Positions 26,343 through 37,558 of a DNA stretch of 64,000 nucleotides are shown in pieces (position 1 is the stretch's first letter; every line of letters begins with the position of its first letter). The DNA lies in assembly GCF_003918875.1 (NCBI RefSeq), contig NW_025767525.1, forward strand, positions 124,001 to 188,000, written 5' to 3'. Source of the stretch: Haliotis rubra (taxonomy: Eukaryota). The position numbers were made by a program, and so were the translations under genes. The notes under the pieces were generated by a model. It searched no databases. It worked only from the letters and a program-made list of their open reading frames with translations, and was not told the DNA's origin.

Positions 26343-28770
26343 ATGCTCCGTTTTTCTGTTTTAGTGGTATTTTGGGGGGCTGCAAATGCCGGTGTATGCC
26401 TCCCCGAGTTGTGTGCCCAGGTGAAGCAAGCTCCCCTCAACTGCGCTGGCTCTGTCATCAAGGGAGGAGGATTCTGTGGTTGTACCGATGTCTGTGCCAA
26501 GGTGTATACAACGACTGTCACTCTGTCAGACTTAATTCTTCATTCATTCACTCAAACTCACTCATCCACTCACTCACACCCACCCACTCATTCACTCACT
26601 CATACACACAGCCACACACACACACATAAACACACACTAACACACCCACGCACTCACTCTCACTCACTCACTCATCCACACAGACACGCACACACATATA
26701 TACACATACTATCACACTCATCCATTCATTCACACCCACCCACCAACGCACCCACCCACCATTCACTCACTTATCCACATAGCCACGCACACACACGATA
26801 CAGCACTCATCCATTCACTCACGCCCATTCACCCACAAACAAATTCACTCACTGACTCGCTCTAACAAAACTCCACCCACCCTACCCAACTCACTCACAC
26901 GACCTTCGCCCACCCCTTCTGTCAGTTACTCGCTCTCTGAGTCACCCATCCACCCCACTCACCCCGTTACGCTCTCTCTCTACATTCAGATGGAGGGAGA
27001 TTCGTGTTATCCCACTTACAGTCACGGTGTGATGCCCGCGGAGTTGTGTGACACAGACCTCGTTTGCCGCAAGCCCCACACGTTTGGTGCGGGCACCTGT
27101 GTCAAGGACTCGCCGAAAAGTAGGTTGATGTTGGGTCTCTGTTTCATTGTACACATGGTGTAGGGTGTCTTGTCAGAACGTGAATTGAGGTCTCGCCGAA
27201 AGTGTTTGTTAAATATCTTACGACACCTGTTCAAACAACGTGTTCTGTTATTCCTGTTGATGACCCGTGAAGATCCGGGTTAGAATTGGTCTCCAGTAAC
27301 CCATGCTAGTCAAAAGAGGCGACTAACGGGATCGGGTGGTCAGGCTTGCTGACTTGATTGACACATGTAATCGTATCCCAATTGCTTAGTTCGATGCTCA
27401 TGCTGTTGATCACTGGAGTGTCTGGTCCAGTTTCGATTATTTACAGAACGCCACCATATGTAGCTGAGTGTAGCATTAAACAACAAACAGCAATATTCCT
27501 GTTGATTCCATAAAACTCTGCTCGGCTAAATCCATTCGAAAATATATTTTTCATTTATCTCAATTCAAGCAAATAGACTGACGACAAGAAAAATGTTTAG
27601 TGGAAACTGACAAATGTGGATATGGCGTGCATGGCACCAGGCAGTGTTTTTCGAATGCACAGTATCATTTAGAAAGTGGTCAAATGTAACGTGTTATATT
27701 TGGGATTACACTTTCTCAGGAAAATTCAGATTCTTGTACGTTTGTTGGGTTAAAGTCCCATGCTTGAGTCGAACCCACACGCTCAGAGACAGGCACCTAA
27801 TCGTCAATACACAAAGCCAGCAGTCTAACCCACTCAGCCAACGCGGAAACCGTGGTGAAAGTGTAATCCCATATATAACATATGTTACAGTGTTTTTCGA
27901 GTTTGACCCATGTGAAGTGTTACCTGAAAGTATCACGTGACTTTCTAGGATCCACCAAGACTAAATGTCAACAGATGATGATGGCGTCGTTGATGACCAT
28001 GATTGTTTACGACGGCAAGTGGACGCCAACCTGTGACGCCGATGGTAACTTCACACCCATGCAGTGCGACTTCTCAGGTGAGACAGCAGTTATAGTCTGA
28101 GGCGGTGTAGGTCCTCCCCAAATGGTTCAAACTGGGTTTAAGCAGTTCATCTTCTGATGGGGCGGTGGGGTAGTCTAGTGGTTAAAGCGTTGGCTCGTCA
28201 CGAATCCCCACATGGGTACAATGAGTGAAGCCCATTTCTGGTGTTCCCCGCCGTGATATTGCTGGAATATTGCTAAAAGCGGCGTAAAACCAAACTCAGT
28301 CAGTCAGTCATCTTCTGAGGATTCAAACTATATGGTGAATCTGGATACAAATTGGCATAACCTTGAATTGATAAAGTCCATCTTTATTAGCTAAAACGTG
28401 CGGAGGTACCCGATCGATTCTGAAAATACAGTCATTTATTCTAGATATTGTGTAAGAATATGCATTTGAAACAACAGTCAGTCATCGGCAGAAAAATGCA
28501 AGATGAATTTAAGTCCAGCCTCTGACTTGGTAACATGATGTCATTGCAACTTGACCAGTTCAGTCTTTAAGCATAGAAACCTGGTCTGTTGACGACTGAC
28601 CAATGAACAGATCGGCACTGAACACTATTGATATTCATAGCAGTGATCCTCCTCAACAAGACAATAACAGTTTCACACCATGTGTTGCAGGTCACTGTTT
28701 CTGTGTGGACTCCATGGGAGTTATGCATGGAAGCAAGGTCCTTGGGAAGGTCAACTGTCCCTCTCAATAA
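26343..28770 (+). CDS. Secreted IGFBP-N-like + thyroglobulin type-1 domain protein, paralogue A (165 aa)
   Basis: Exons 26343-26501, 26990-27119, 27949-28077, 28691-28770 (intron phases 0,1,1). MLRFSVLVVFWGAANA|GVCLPELCAQVKQAPLNCAGSVIKGGGFCGCTDVCAKMEGDSCYPTYSHGVMPAELCDTDLVCRKPHTFGAGTCVKDSPKRSTKTKCQQMMMASLMTMIVYDGKWTPTCDADGNFTPMQCDFSGHCFCVDSMGVMHGSKVLGKVNCPSQ*. AATAAA at 28798-28803. Confidence 0.9.
26540..26960. repeat. CA/CACT-rich microsatellite in paralogue A intron 1
   Basis: Low-complexity tract, directly visible. Confidence 0.85.
27262..27490 (+). mobile_element. SINE family 3
   Basis: gacccgtgaagatccgggttagaattggtc start plus core and tail. Confidence 0.8.
28159..28308 (+). mobile_element. 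SINE family 1
   Basis: TSD tcatcttctga. Confidence 0.85.
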
Positions 28771-29450
28771 CCACACGACTTTCATGTACATTACAGAAAT
28801 AAACGTATCTTCCTGCGTTTTTAACTCATATTCACACAAACAAAACCTGTTAAAATGTTCTTTTTGAAATATAGCTCACGTTTATGTCCAAATACATGTA
28901 GAATGTTTCGAATATCTCCTATATAAATTTCAATAACCTCAAATGTAGTCTTCAGCCTCTTGGCATAAACCGTAAAGCATATACTAGTACTCGTATGTAT
29001 CAAAGGGATAGTAAGTTCAATATTGAGAGTTCAATAGCCTAATAGCGAGGACGCCTCTAGCCCGGAAACCCAGCCCCCAGACCAGTACTGCTTGGGAAGT
29101 ACCAATCTGTACACAAGTCTTAGTCCAGAATGTAGAAACTGGATAATTTCACTAAAATATGGCGAACTGAATGTAGCACTCTTAAATGGCCTCTCCAGAC
29201 ACAAGGCTACCTGTTACCTATGCACCATGCATACGGAAACCGAACACGCGTCTAAGTCGAGGTGAGTCTGGGCCTTGTCCACTAGGCAAACCAAGTCACG
29301 TATAACCACAGAAAGACACGAGACAGAAACACACAGGGACAGCAGGTTCAAGTCACGTGCAGGTAATGTGAAAACCAAACATCGGCTTTTTGAGATAAGA
29401 TATCAACATAGGTCAAGTGCTATTCTTTGGTACGAGTCGGACAAGACATC

Positions 29451-32400
29451 ATGCTGCGGTTTGCTGTTTTAGTGGTATTTTGGGGGGCAGCGAATGCCAT
29501 TGTTTGTGTTCCTGAGTTGTGTTCCCAGGTGAAGCAAGCTCCCCTCAACTGCGCTGGTTCTATCATCAAGGGGGGAGGATTCTGTGGCTGCTCTGATGCA
29601 TGTGCCAAGGTATGTTCTGTCTTGAATATGTCCATCGGTTGACACAACGCTTTGATGAGTGTCTTACGCGAATGGTGAATTGTTCTTAAAAGCAATATTG
29701 TAAAAGCTGTTATATACTCGCCATGTAATACTGTGTGGGTCATGATATGATAGTTTTACTGACTAGTTATAGTATGACCAGAAATTATGGAGAATTTTAG
29801 GAATATGTTTAATTAGATTTCTAGTATAATCAACCGTGACCAGCTATCAAGTGCTTGGTTTCATTCAAGAGAGACAACTCCGTTAATCCCTTTTCATGAT
29901 TTTGTGAAGAGTTATCCCCCTTTGTTTACTTGCTAGCAGACGACATTTTCAGTGATCCTCAGTATGGATGATTTAGAGAAGAGGAAGTTGATTTTAGAGT
30001 ATTATAACAAGGACATCAGATCAGCTAAAGTGATTTCAAGTAGAACAGGCATCCCTTTGTCCACTGTTTATTGTGTTTTGAAAAATATTGCAAATGGATA
30101 TGGCATTGAGTACCAGGGAGGCGCAGGTAGGCCCAGAAAATTCACTGTCGGTGACAGGAGGCGGCTTGGTATTCTTGTTTCTAAAAACAAAGGAAGGAGG
30201 TTAGAATTGAAGGAGGTTGCTAATATTCACATTAATACGTGAGTAATGAGTGAACAAAATATAGAAAATTACAATCCTTAAATTCTCAATAATTTCTGGT
30301 TGTACTGTATCATTGTATTTCTTACCCGGTTATCGCAAGACTTGAATAACAATGTCAATATGTAGTTTCGCCAAATGTTTAACCTCGTGTTGAGTACAAT
30401 CGCTTATCTAGCAGAAAGTCAAGGTGCTTCTCTTAATGTCGACATAGTTTATTTTTTTATAAGTCTAGTACTGTCTTTTTCAAGATATTTCCACATAATG
30501 GTGGAACATTTCCACATTCATTCAACTCATTTTGACCTCACATATGTTAAAACTTACTCATTCAACATATATGAAGATTATAGACTCACTCACTCTACAT
30601 TCAGGTTGCGGGAGAGGTGTGCCAGGCCACGTACATGCACGGGATAATACCTCAGGGGTCTTGTGACACGGGTTTGGTTTGCAAGAAGGACCAGATGGCT
30701 ATTTTTGGTGCGGGCACCTGTGTCAAGGACACATCCAAGAGTAAGTTGCGTGTTAGGATCTCTGTTTTATTCCACACCAATATCAAGTCAACAAAACGTG
30801 ATTTCAGACCCTGCGTCCACAGCTTCTGAAAACTTTACCATTTCATAAATTGTTTGCCATGGCGAAGCCCTGTCTGAAAGGAACTATTTCTTATAATGCA
30901 AATCAAAGGATTGATAGTTTCAAGGCTCTACAGTACAAATCGTCCGTCGAGGAAGAACACTTGTCTTCCCCGAGTACATTTCGAGAGGATAGACATACGT
31001 CGGTCGGGTTCGTTGAGGTTTGTAAGCCAACAAAATTTAATGGTGATCTTTTATGTTCGTGCCTCGAAACGCTGCGTTACAGATGAGTCTAGTCAGTGCA
31101 TCTCCCATACACTGCAGCTTCACTCTCAGGAGTCAAGCTGCCAAATCCGGTCACCCATCGAAGGACTCTCCGTGAGCACCGTTGCTTTGCGATTTGTGTC
31201 CAGGCGCTATGCCTAAGGTCACTAGACACCAGAAGCCACGCTTGTCAGGGCACGTTGATGATAGATAGCTATCTATTGGTCAGTGTAATGCTGCCTTCGG
31301 TGTAAAGCACGGCTAACAGGCTTGTCAAATGTTTCTGACAGAGGAACATTTGTGAACACCATATATATGCAGTTTGTTTGAGAATGTATTTGTATGCTAA
31401 ATGTGGATACAGTTATGTGTACCTTTGAGTTCATGTTTCTATGTTTATTGTGTAACAATGTACCGGCAATATTTCAACCAATACGACTGCCCATATAAAG
31501 TATATCGGACTAACATCATGAAGTATACTCTTCAAAAACAGACACTTGACATGTGTTTTGGAGTTTACTTACTGAATGCATACAGCTGATTCAAACATGG
31601 CATCATTGCACAGTTACAGTAAAATCATCACTTGACAAATTTCCAAAACATGATTATCCAGAAAGTGTTTGGTACAACCACAGAGGGTTATTAAAGCCAA
31701 TTAGTCAGAGTAAAATGTCAGTATCTGGTATGACCACCATGAGCATCGATAACAGCTTGGCAGCGGTGACAAATAGAAGAAAGGAGAAGCCGAATGCTGT
31801 CTTGAGGAATGTTTTGATACTCTTACTGAAGTACTGTGCGCAGTTCTTGTAGTGTCTGAGGTGGCGCATGACGCTGGCGGAAGCGTCGATCAAGAGTATC
31901 CCATAGATGTTCAATGGGTGACAAATCCGGTGATCGAGAAGGCCAAGGTAATAACTGAACATTGTTTTGCTGGAGGAAGACATGTCAAATACGTGCAGAG
32001 TGAGGTCGAGCATTGCCATGCTCCAAAGATCACGTTGATGGTGAGAACGACGTGACGTTGAAGTCGTCTTCTGGCAAAAAGTCTGGCTTTCCATAGCCAG
32101 TTGCAATTGCGCACTGTCTGGTCGGAGATTCGGAGCAGGCCAGGGATTTGGATTGTTGTGGATGATGCGGCCGTGGTGTTTCAACGAAAATGTCTTAACC
32201 GGATGGGCGATCTTGGGCGGCGGTGGTAACTCCAGGTCGACCTGACCTGGGTCTGTCATTAACACTCCCAGTATTTTTGTATCGGGTCCATAGGTTTCAG
32301 CTGGTCTGTCTGGACACGCTGAAGTGCCTAGCCACATCATGCTGCGATGTCCGTCCTTGTAACGGCCGATGGCGTTGTGTCGTTGAGCTTCTATCAGCCT

Positions 32401-35164
32401 TTTCATTCTCTTGTCGTCTATAGTGGCTTAAAGCAATGCATGCGGGGTATCACTGATGTGGCTTTTTAAAGCCTACAGTCATGGGTCGGGTAAGGTGAAA
32501 TTGGGTTTTACGTCGTGCTTGAGAATATTTCGCTCATATGACGACGTGCATGCGTGTGTATGGGTATGTGCGGCTGCTTGTACTAGCCCAGACTGAAGCT
32601 GGTTTTATAGTGCTAGCCCACTGAGATACCATGCCGCAGTGAAGCATGAATACCCCACTCAGACACATTATACTGTCACCGAACCGACCAGTCCTTGTTG
32701 TACCCATTAATGCCGAGCGCCAGGCAGGGACTAACAAGTTCCATATTTTAACGTCTTTTGGTATGACGCGGCCGGGGATCGAACCCGCGACCTTCCGCTC
32801 TCTGGGCGGACGCTCTAACCACTACACCACGGAGGCGGTTCCTACAGTCATAGGCTTCAGCTCAGTGTGATACATAATTTCATGATGCTCGTGCATTTCA
32901 TGTAGGGTGCGTTTTAGAGACTCACTACAGACATGAGTGTAACTAAACGTTTTTGTTAAACGTTTCTTTTTTCAAATATTTTGTCGTCGGCAACTATTCC
33001 CCCACATGATGGGATTCAGCATGGATTGGTTTGTTTCAAATATTTTCCTAAAATTCAAATTTGTCCTATGTCAAGTTTCTTTTTTTTTAAGAGTATAAAT
33101 CCAGTGTTGTCTTGTACCGAGTCACAAATCCTGACAATCTCATTTGATCTTCCCGTACAAACAGAGGCTACGGGTGACATAGTCTAAAACGGTGTCTCAT
33201 AGTGTTCGCATAAAAACATCGAGTGTATGAGATTTAGGTATAAACCGTCGCTGTCGAGTCATCTGTACACTGTCTTCAGTAGACGTCACTGTGCCTCATG
33301 TGATATATACCACAGATATACTCTGACGTCTTATTAACGTAGATGGGCGCTGTGGGTTCGCAAAAATTTGACTTAGCCAACAATGTCCTGTTGGCCAAGG
33401 CAGTTGTATAGGTTTTGAATATAGTATTTATTGTCCCACGTTTATGAATAATTTTGTGAAATACTGTTTTTATATGATTTATCTTATTTCATCTGTACAA
33501 CACTGTATCATGAAGTATTCTTCTCCCGTCTTCTGTGACGTCAGTGTTTGTCGTGTTAGACTAGTTTTATAGTTACACGTGAAGATCCGGGTTAGAATTG
33601 GTCTTCAATGGCCCCATGCTTGTCGTAAGAGGCGACTAACGGGATCGGGTGGTCAGGCTCGCTGACTTGCTTGACACATGTCATCGTATCCCAATTGTGT
33701 AGATCGATGCACATGCTGTTGATCACTGAATTGTCTGGTCCAGAATCAATAATTTACAGACCGCTGCCATGTAAATGGAATATTGCTAAGTGCGGCGTAA
33801 AATTAAACTCGCTCACTCAGTTTTGTAGTGTTATGTGAACGGTCACGTGACTTTCTAGGATCGACGAAGACTAAATGTGAGCAGATGAGGATGGCGTCGT
33901 TGATAACCATGGTTGTTTACGCTAGCAAGTGGACGCCAACCTGTGACGCCGATGGTAACTTCACACCTCAGCAGTGCGACTTCTCAGGTGAGACAACAGA
34001 TCTAAGCCAAGATGGTATAGGTTCTCCACAAACATACCGTTCCCTGTTTTAACATGCTGTTCACCTTCTCACTGATTCTCTGACAAGTAATACTTTAATA
34101 TTCATCCAGATCCTCCGTTAATTACTAAATATGTCTCTGTTTCAATGTGGGAGAATGCTCAGACGTAATCTAAAATGAAACCACAATATTGTCTCCCAAA
34201 TGTCAATCTAATTTCTATATATACTCATGCCAATAATGGTTGTCACCACCTTCAATTTTTTAATTGGAGAGGGGGTATGGGGTATTATTATTGGGGGTGC
34301 GGAGGGAGTGACAACCATTATTGGCATGAGTATATTATTGAACGAATATGTAAGTTTAGTTTGAGTTAGGAATATGTCCACTGGTCCTCGTCTCTTTGCG
34401 ACGATTAAAGATTTTAAGTAAATAAATAAATAAATAAAATAGATAAATAAATAAATTGAGATGACCCCCCGACTCCAAACGCTTCGGGGTACAATAAATC
34501 ATGATCGTAATGTGAAGCATTTTGAGTCGGGGATCATCGGAATTTGTTTTAAAACAAAACCTTTAACCCTCGCAAAGACACGAGGGCCTGTGAATATGAC
34601 TAGTACTAGTACTGCCTATCAGTATATTGTCAGTATAGTTTAAGATTACTGAGTTAGTAAACATCCATTGGTAGAAGCACTGGTTTTGATGTATTGTGGG
34701 GCGCTTGTCCCCTTGTATAGTCGAGAAACTTTGTGGAACGTTCAGTGCCATACTACATTAGTCGTTTGCTGTTCTAGAAGATATCACATTACACTTTAAA
34801 ACATCCAAATATAGAAACCTCCACACTACTGATTGCATTAGACAGTAATATACTCCTGATAACTAATTATTGTTAAAACACAATTCAAAAACTTTAAGTG
34901 AATCTATACAGAAACAATTTCTCACAATTGTATAATTTTATAACAATATGCTATTATGATATGTACCGCCATATTACGACGATGATGACGATTACGACGA
35001 TGACGACGATGAGTTTTCGTAATGATGCAAATAAGAGTTGTCATCCTCAACAAGGTAATAACAATTTCACAACGTTTGTTGCAGGTCACTGTTTCTGTGT
35101 GGACTCAATGGGAGTTATGCAAGGAAGCAAGGTCCTTGGGAAGGTCAACTGTCCCTCTCAATAA
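29451..35164 (+). CDS. Secreted IGFBP-N-like + thyroglobulin type-1 domain protein, paralogue B (167 aa)
   Basis: Exons 29451-29609, 30605-30740, 33859-33987, 35085-35164, with the same phases and 16 Cys as A. MLRFAVLVVFWGAANAIVCVPELC...GGGFCGCSDACAKVAGEVCQATYMHGIIPQGSCDTGLVC...GTCVKDTSKRSTKTKCEQMRM...WTPTCDADGNFTPQQCDFSGHCFCVDSMG...NCPSQ*. AATAAA follows the stop. Confidence 0.9.
29770..30307 (+). mobile_element. Internally deleted Tc1/mariner element
   Basis: About 32-bp TIRs (agtatgaccagaaattatggagaattttagga / tccttaaattctcaataatttctggttgtactg), TA flanks, HTH remnant ...TGIPLSTVYCVLK...GAGRPRK. Confidence 0.8.
31526..33095 (-). mobile_element. Degenerate Tc1 transposon carrying a nested family 2 SINE
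   Basis: TIRs tactcttcaaaaacagacacttgacat / atgtcaagtttcttttttttaagagta with TA flanks. Frameshifted transposase relic at 31705-32406. Confidence 0.8.
32490..32839 (-). mobile_element. SINE family 2 nested in the Tc1
   Basis: TSD cctacagtcat. Confidence 0.85.
33575..33820 (+). mobile_element. SINE family 3 ending just upstream of B exon 3
   Basis: Near-consensus core and tail. Confidence 0.8.
34222..34332. mobile_element. Short Tc1/mariner-type MITE
   Basis: TIR tactcatgccaataatggttgtcac with TA flanks. Confidence 0.7.
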
Positions 35165-35446
35165 CCACACAGCCTTCATGTACCTTGCAGAAATAAAATA
35201 TCATTCTTTCCATGTCTCACTCATAATCATACCATCCAGGTACAAGCTGTGTGGGTATTCACAGCATATTTTCAGCATTAAATACAATGTTTCGAAACAT
35301 CTCCAGTCAAACCAGACGAACCACACATCCAGCCTTGGCATATACCCGGAGGCTAAAATGTTTCAGTCATACATATATTTTTTCAAAATATATTCTCTTC
35401 AAAAGTTTAGACTCACTTAAAACACTCACTATATGTTATGTATATA

Positions 35447-36629
35447 TACTGAACAGCAAAAGAAACGCAAGTTTCGAAAAATGAAATCTCATGAAAGTAA
35501 GCGTTCATGTTTATGGAACATTCATGGTAAAGTGATGTAATGATCCAAGATGAGATGATGTCATGCAATTTGACATCCATACGAACCATTCGCACAAACA
35601 CACCAACAGTGCAGCAAAACCATAATTTTAGCACGTGCATCGACGGTTCTGGATGAAAAGCATGCATTTCACTCTGAGGTATCTTTTTATAAAGGTTTGT
35701 GTCAAAAAAACAGTTCAGTATTGACACTAGGAGATGTACACACCACACAAACGATGCCTAGACTAACGACTGAGCAGAGAGGAATGGCCAATGTAAAGTT
35801 GCACGGAGGTAGCTCCGCAACCGCTGTAGCTAGACAATTGGGCTGTCATCTTACCACTATTACACGACTTGCTCAACGTCATCAGCAAACCGGAGTTGCT
35901 GCTGATCGTCCCCGTACCGGACGGCAACGAGTGACATCTCATGCGCAAGATCGGTTCATCCGGGTCACTCATCTAAGGAACCGAACTCAAGCAGCAACAG
36001 TAACAGCAGCTTTAGTTCATGGGTCAAGGGGAGCAGTGTCCAGCGATACGATTAGGCGTCGTCTTCGGGCTGCTGGAATCCACTGCCAAAGGCCATATGT
36101 GGGGCCAATTTTGACACGCCAACAACGCCAGCGACGTTTGCAGCCCTCCCACAGCAGGGGTGTCGATGGATTATCTGGCTCAAAACAACATTAACGTTTT
36201 TCCATGGCCGTCTCTTTCCCCGTATATGGCTCCCATTGAACATTCTGGGACGAAATTGGACGGAGGATTGGTAGACAGCCACTCACACTTGCACAGTTGG
36301 AATAGAGATTGGAGTTTGAGCGGAACCAATTGCCTCAGGCATTCTTTCAGACTCTAATGAACTCAGTGAGGCCACATTGCAAGGCCTGTGTGCAAGCTCA
36401 AGGTGGCCAAACACGCGACTAAAGAGACTGTCCCTTTTACCGTTCAGGGGTATCTCCATTTGACGGACTGTGATCAATTTGAACTTATTGCAATTCAATG
36501 TCAACAGCAACTTTCAGCTGTTAAATTGACAGTGTTGTCTATAGAATAAATGATAGGACATGATTTTGGTTGTCTTCTATTCACAAACTTGACAAAAAGC
36601 GAGATTTGCGTTTCTTTTGGTGTTCAGTA
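35447..36629 (+). mobile_element. Tc1 transposon with a central deletion
   Basis: TIRs tactgaacagcaaaagaaacgcaa / ttgcgtttcttttggtgttcagta in TA repeats. ORF MPRLTTEQRG...DRPRTGRQRVTS...TIRRRLRAAG, joined to WPSLSPYMAPIEH. Confidence 0.9.
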
Positions 36630-37558
36630 TATATATGGTTACATCGAAGATTGATTTCTCCACTAACTTGGGCGAACCAACTGCAAACTTTATGCAGATG
36701 AATTGCACGAGGATCATGCATCAAATTGCTGAAAGGCATGTGCAAATATCGTGCATGTGAACAGCTGCGTTGTGGTGTAAAGTTTTGTTACGAAATCGCC
36801 AATTGTCACTGATTTTTATCATTTACTGTATACTCATGACAATAATCTTTTCAACGTTACGAATTTGTTTTACAATACATCAGTTCACGTGTAAACAGTT
36901 CCTTTAAACAGTGTGGCATATTTTGAAACATTTATTTCAGAACAGTTGCCTAGAGTAAGTGCCTATATTTACACTAGTGAGTTTACACTTTTGATGAGAA
37001 GTATAAAAACGCATCGGAGATATTAAGAATGCTGATTTTGGGTTTTTTTCAATGAAACATTCGAAGGAACTGCACTTTGACTTACTTTATTATTAAAACG
37101 TCAATGTTTTGCCATGGTTTTCCAGATCTAAATTCAATATTAAGCGTCAAAAGCCCGATACTGAGGTCCATTCGCTACAAAAAGTCCCGCCTATTGTCCA
37201 GAACTGCTTGGTTCCTTGGTACTAAGTTAAACATTGATGATTTCGAACAAAGAATCCACATACTGATATTACTGAACTGCACGATGCAATCTTTTAATTA
37301 GCGAACGAACGCTTAGGGGTTAGGTCAGCTACTAGCACTGAGACGAGGCGATAAGAGGCTTTATCCAGTTGGCTACAAACCTACCTATCTTACTCAGAAA
37401 GAAATCGAAAAGAACGACACTTTGTCACATGCAGTGAATGTGATAAACAAACATCGCCAACTTCAGATAAGATTACCACAGAACTCAAGAGACGAGTGGG
37501 ACAAGACGCCATGAGACGAGCGGGACAAGACGCCATGAGACGAGTGGGACAAGACGCC

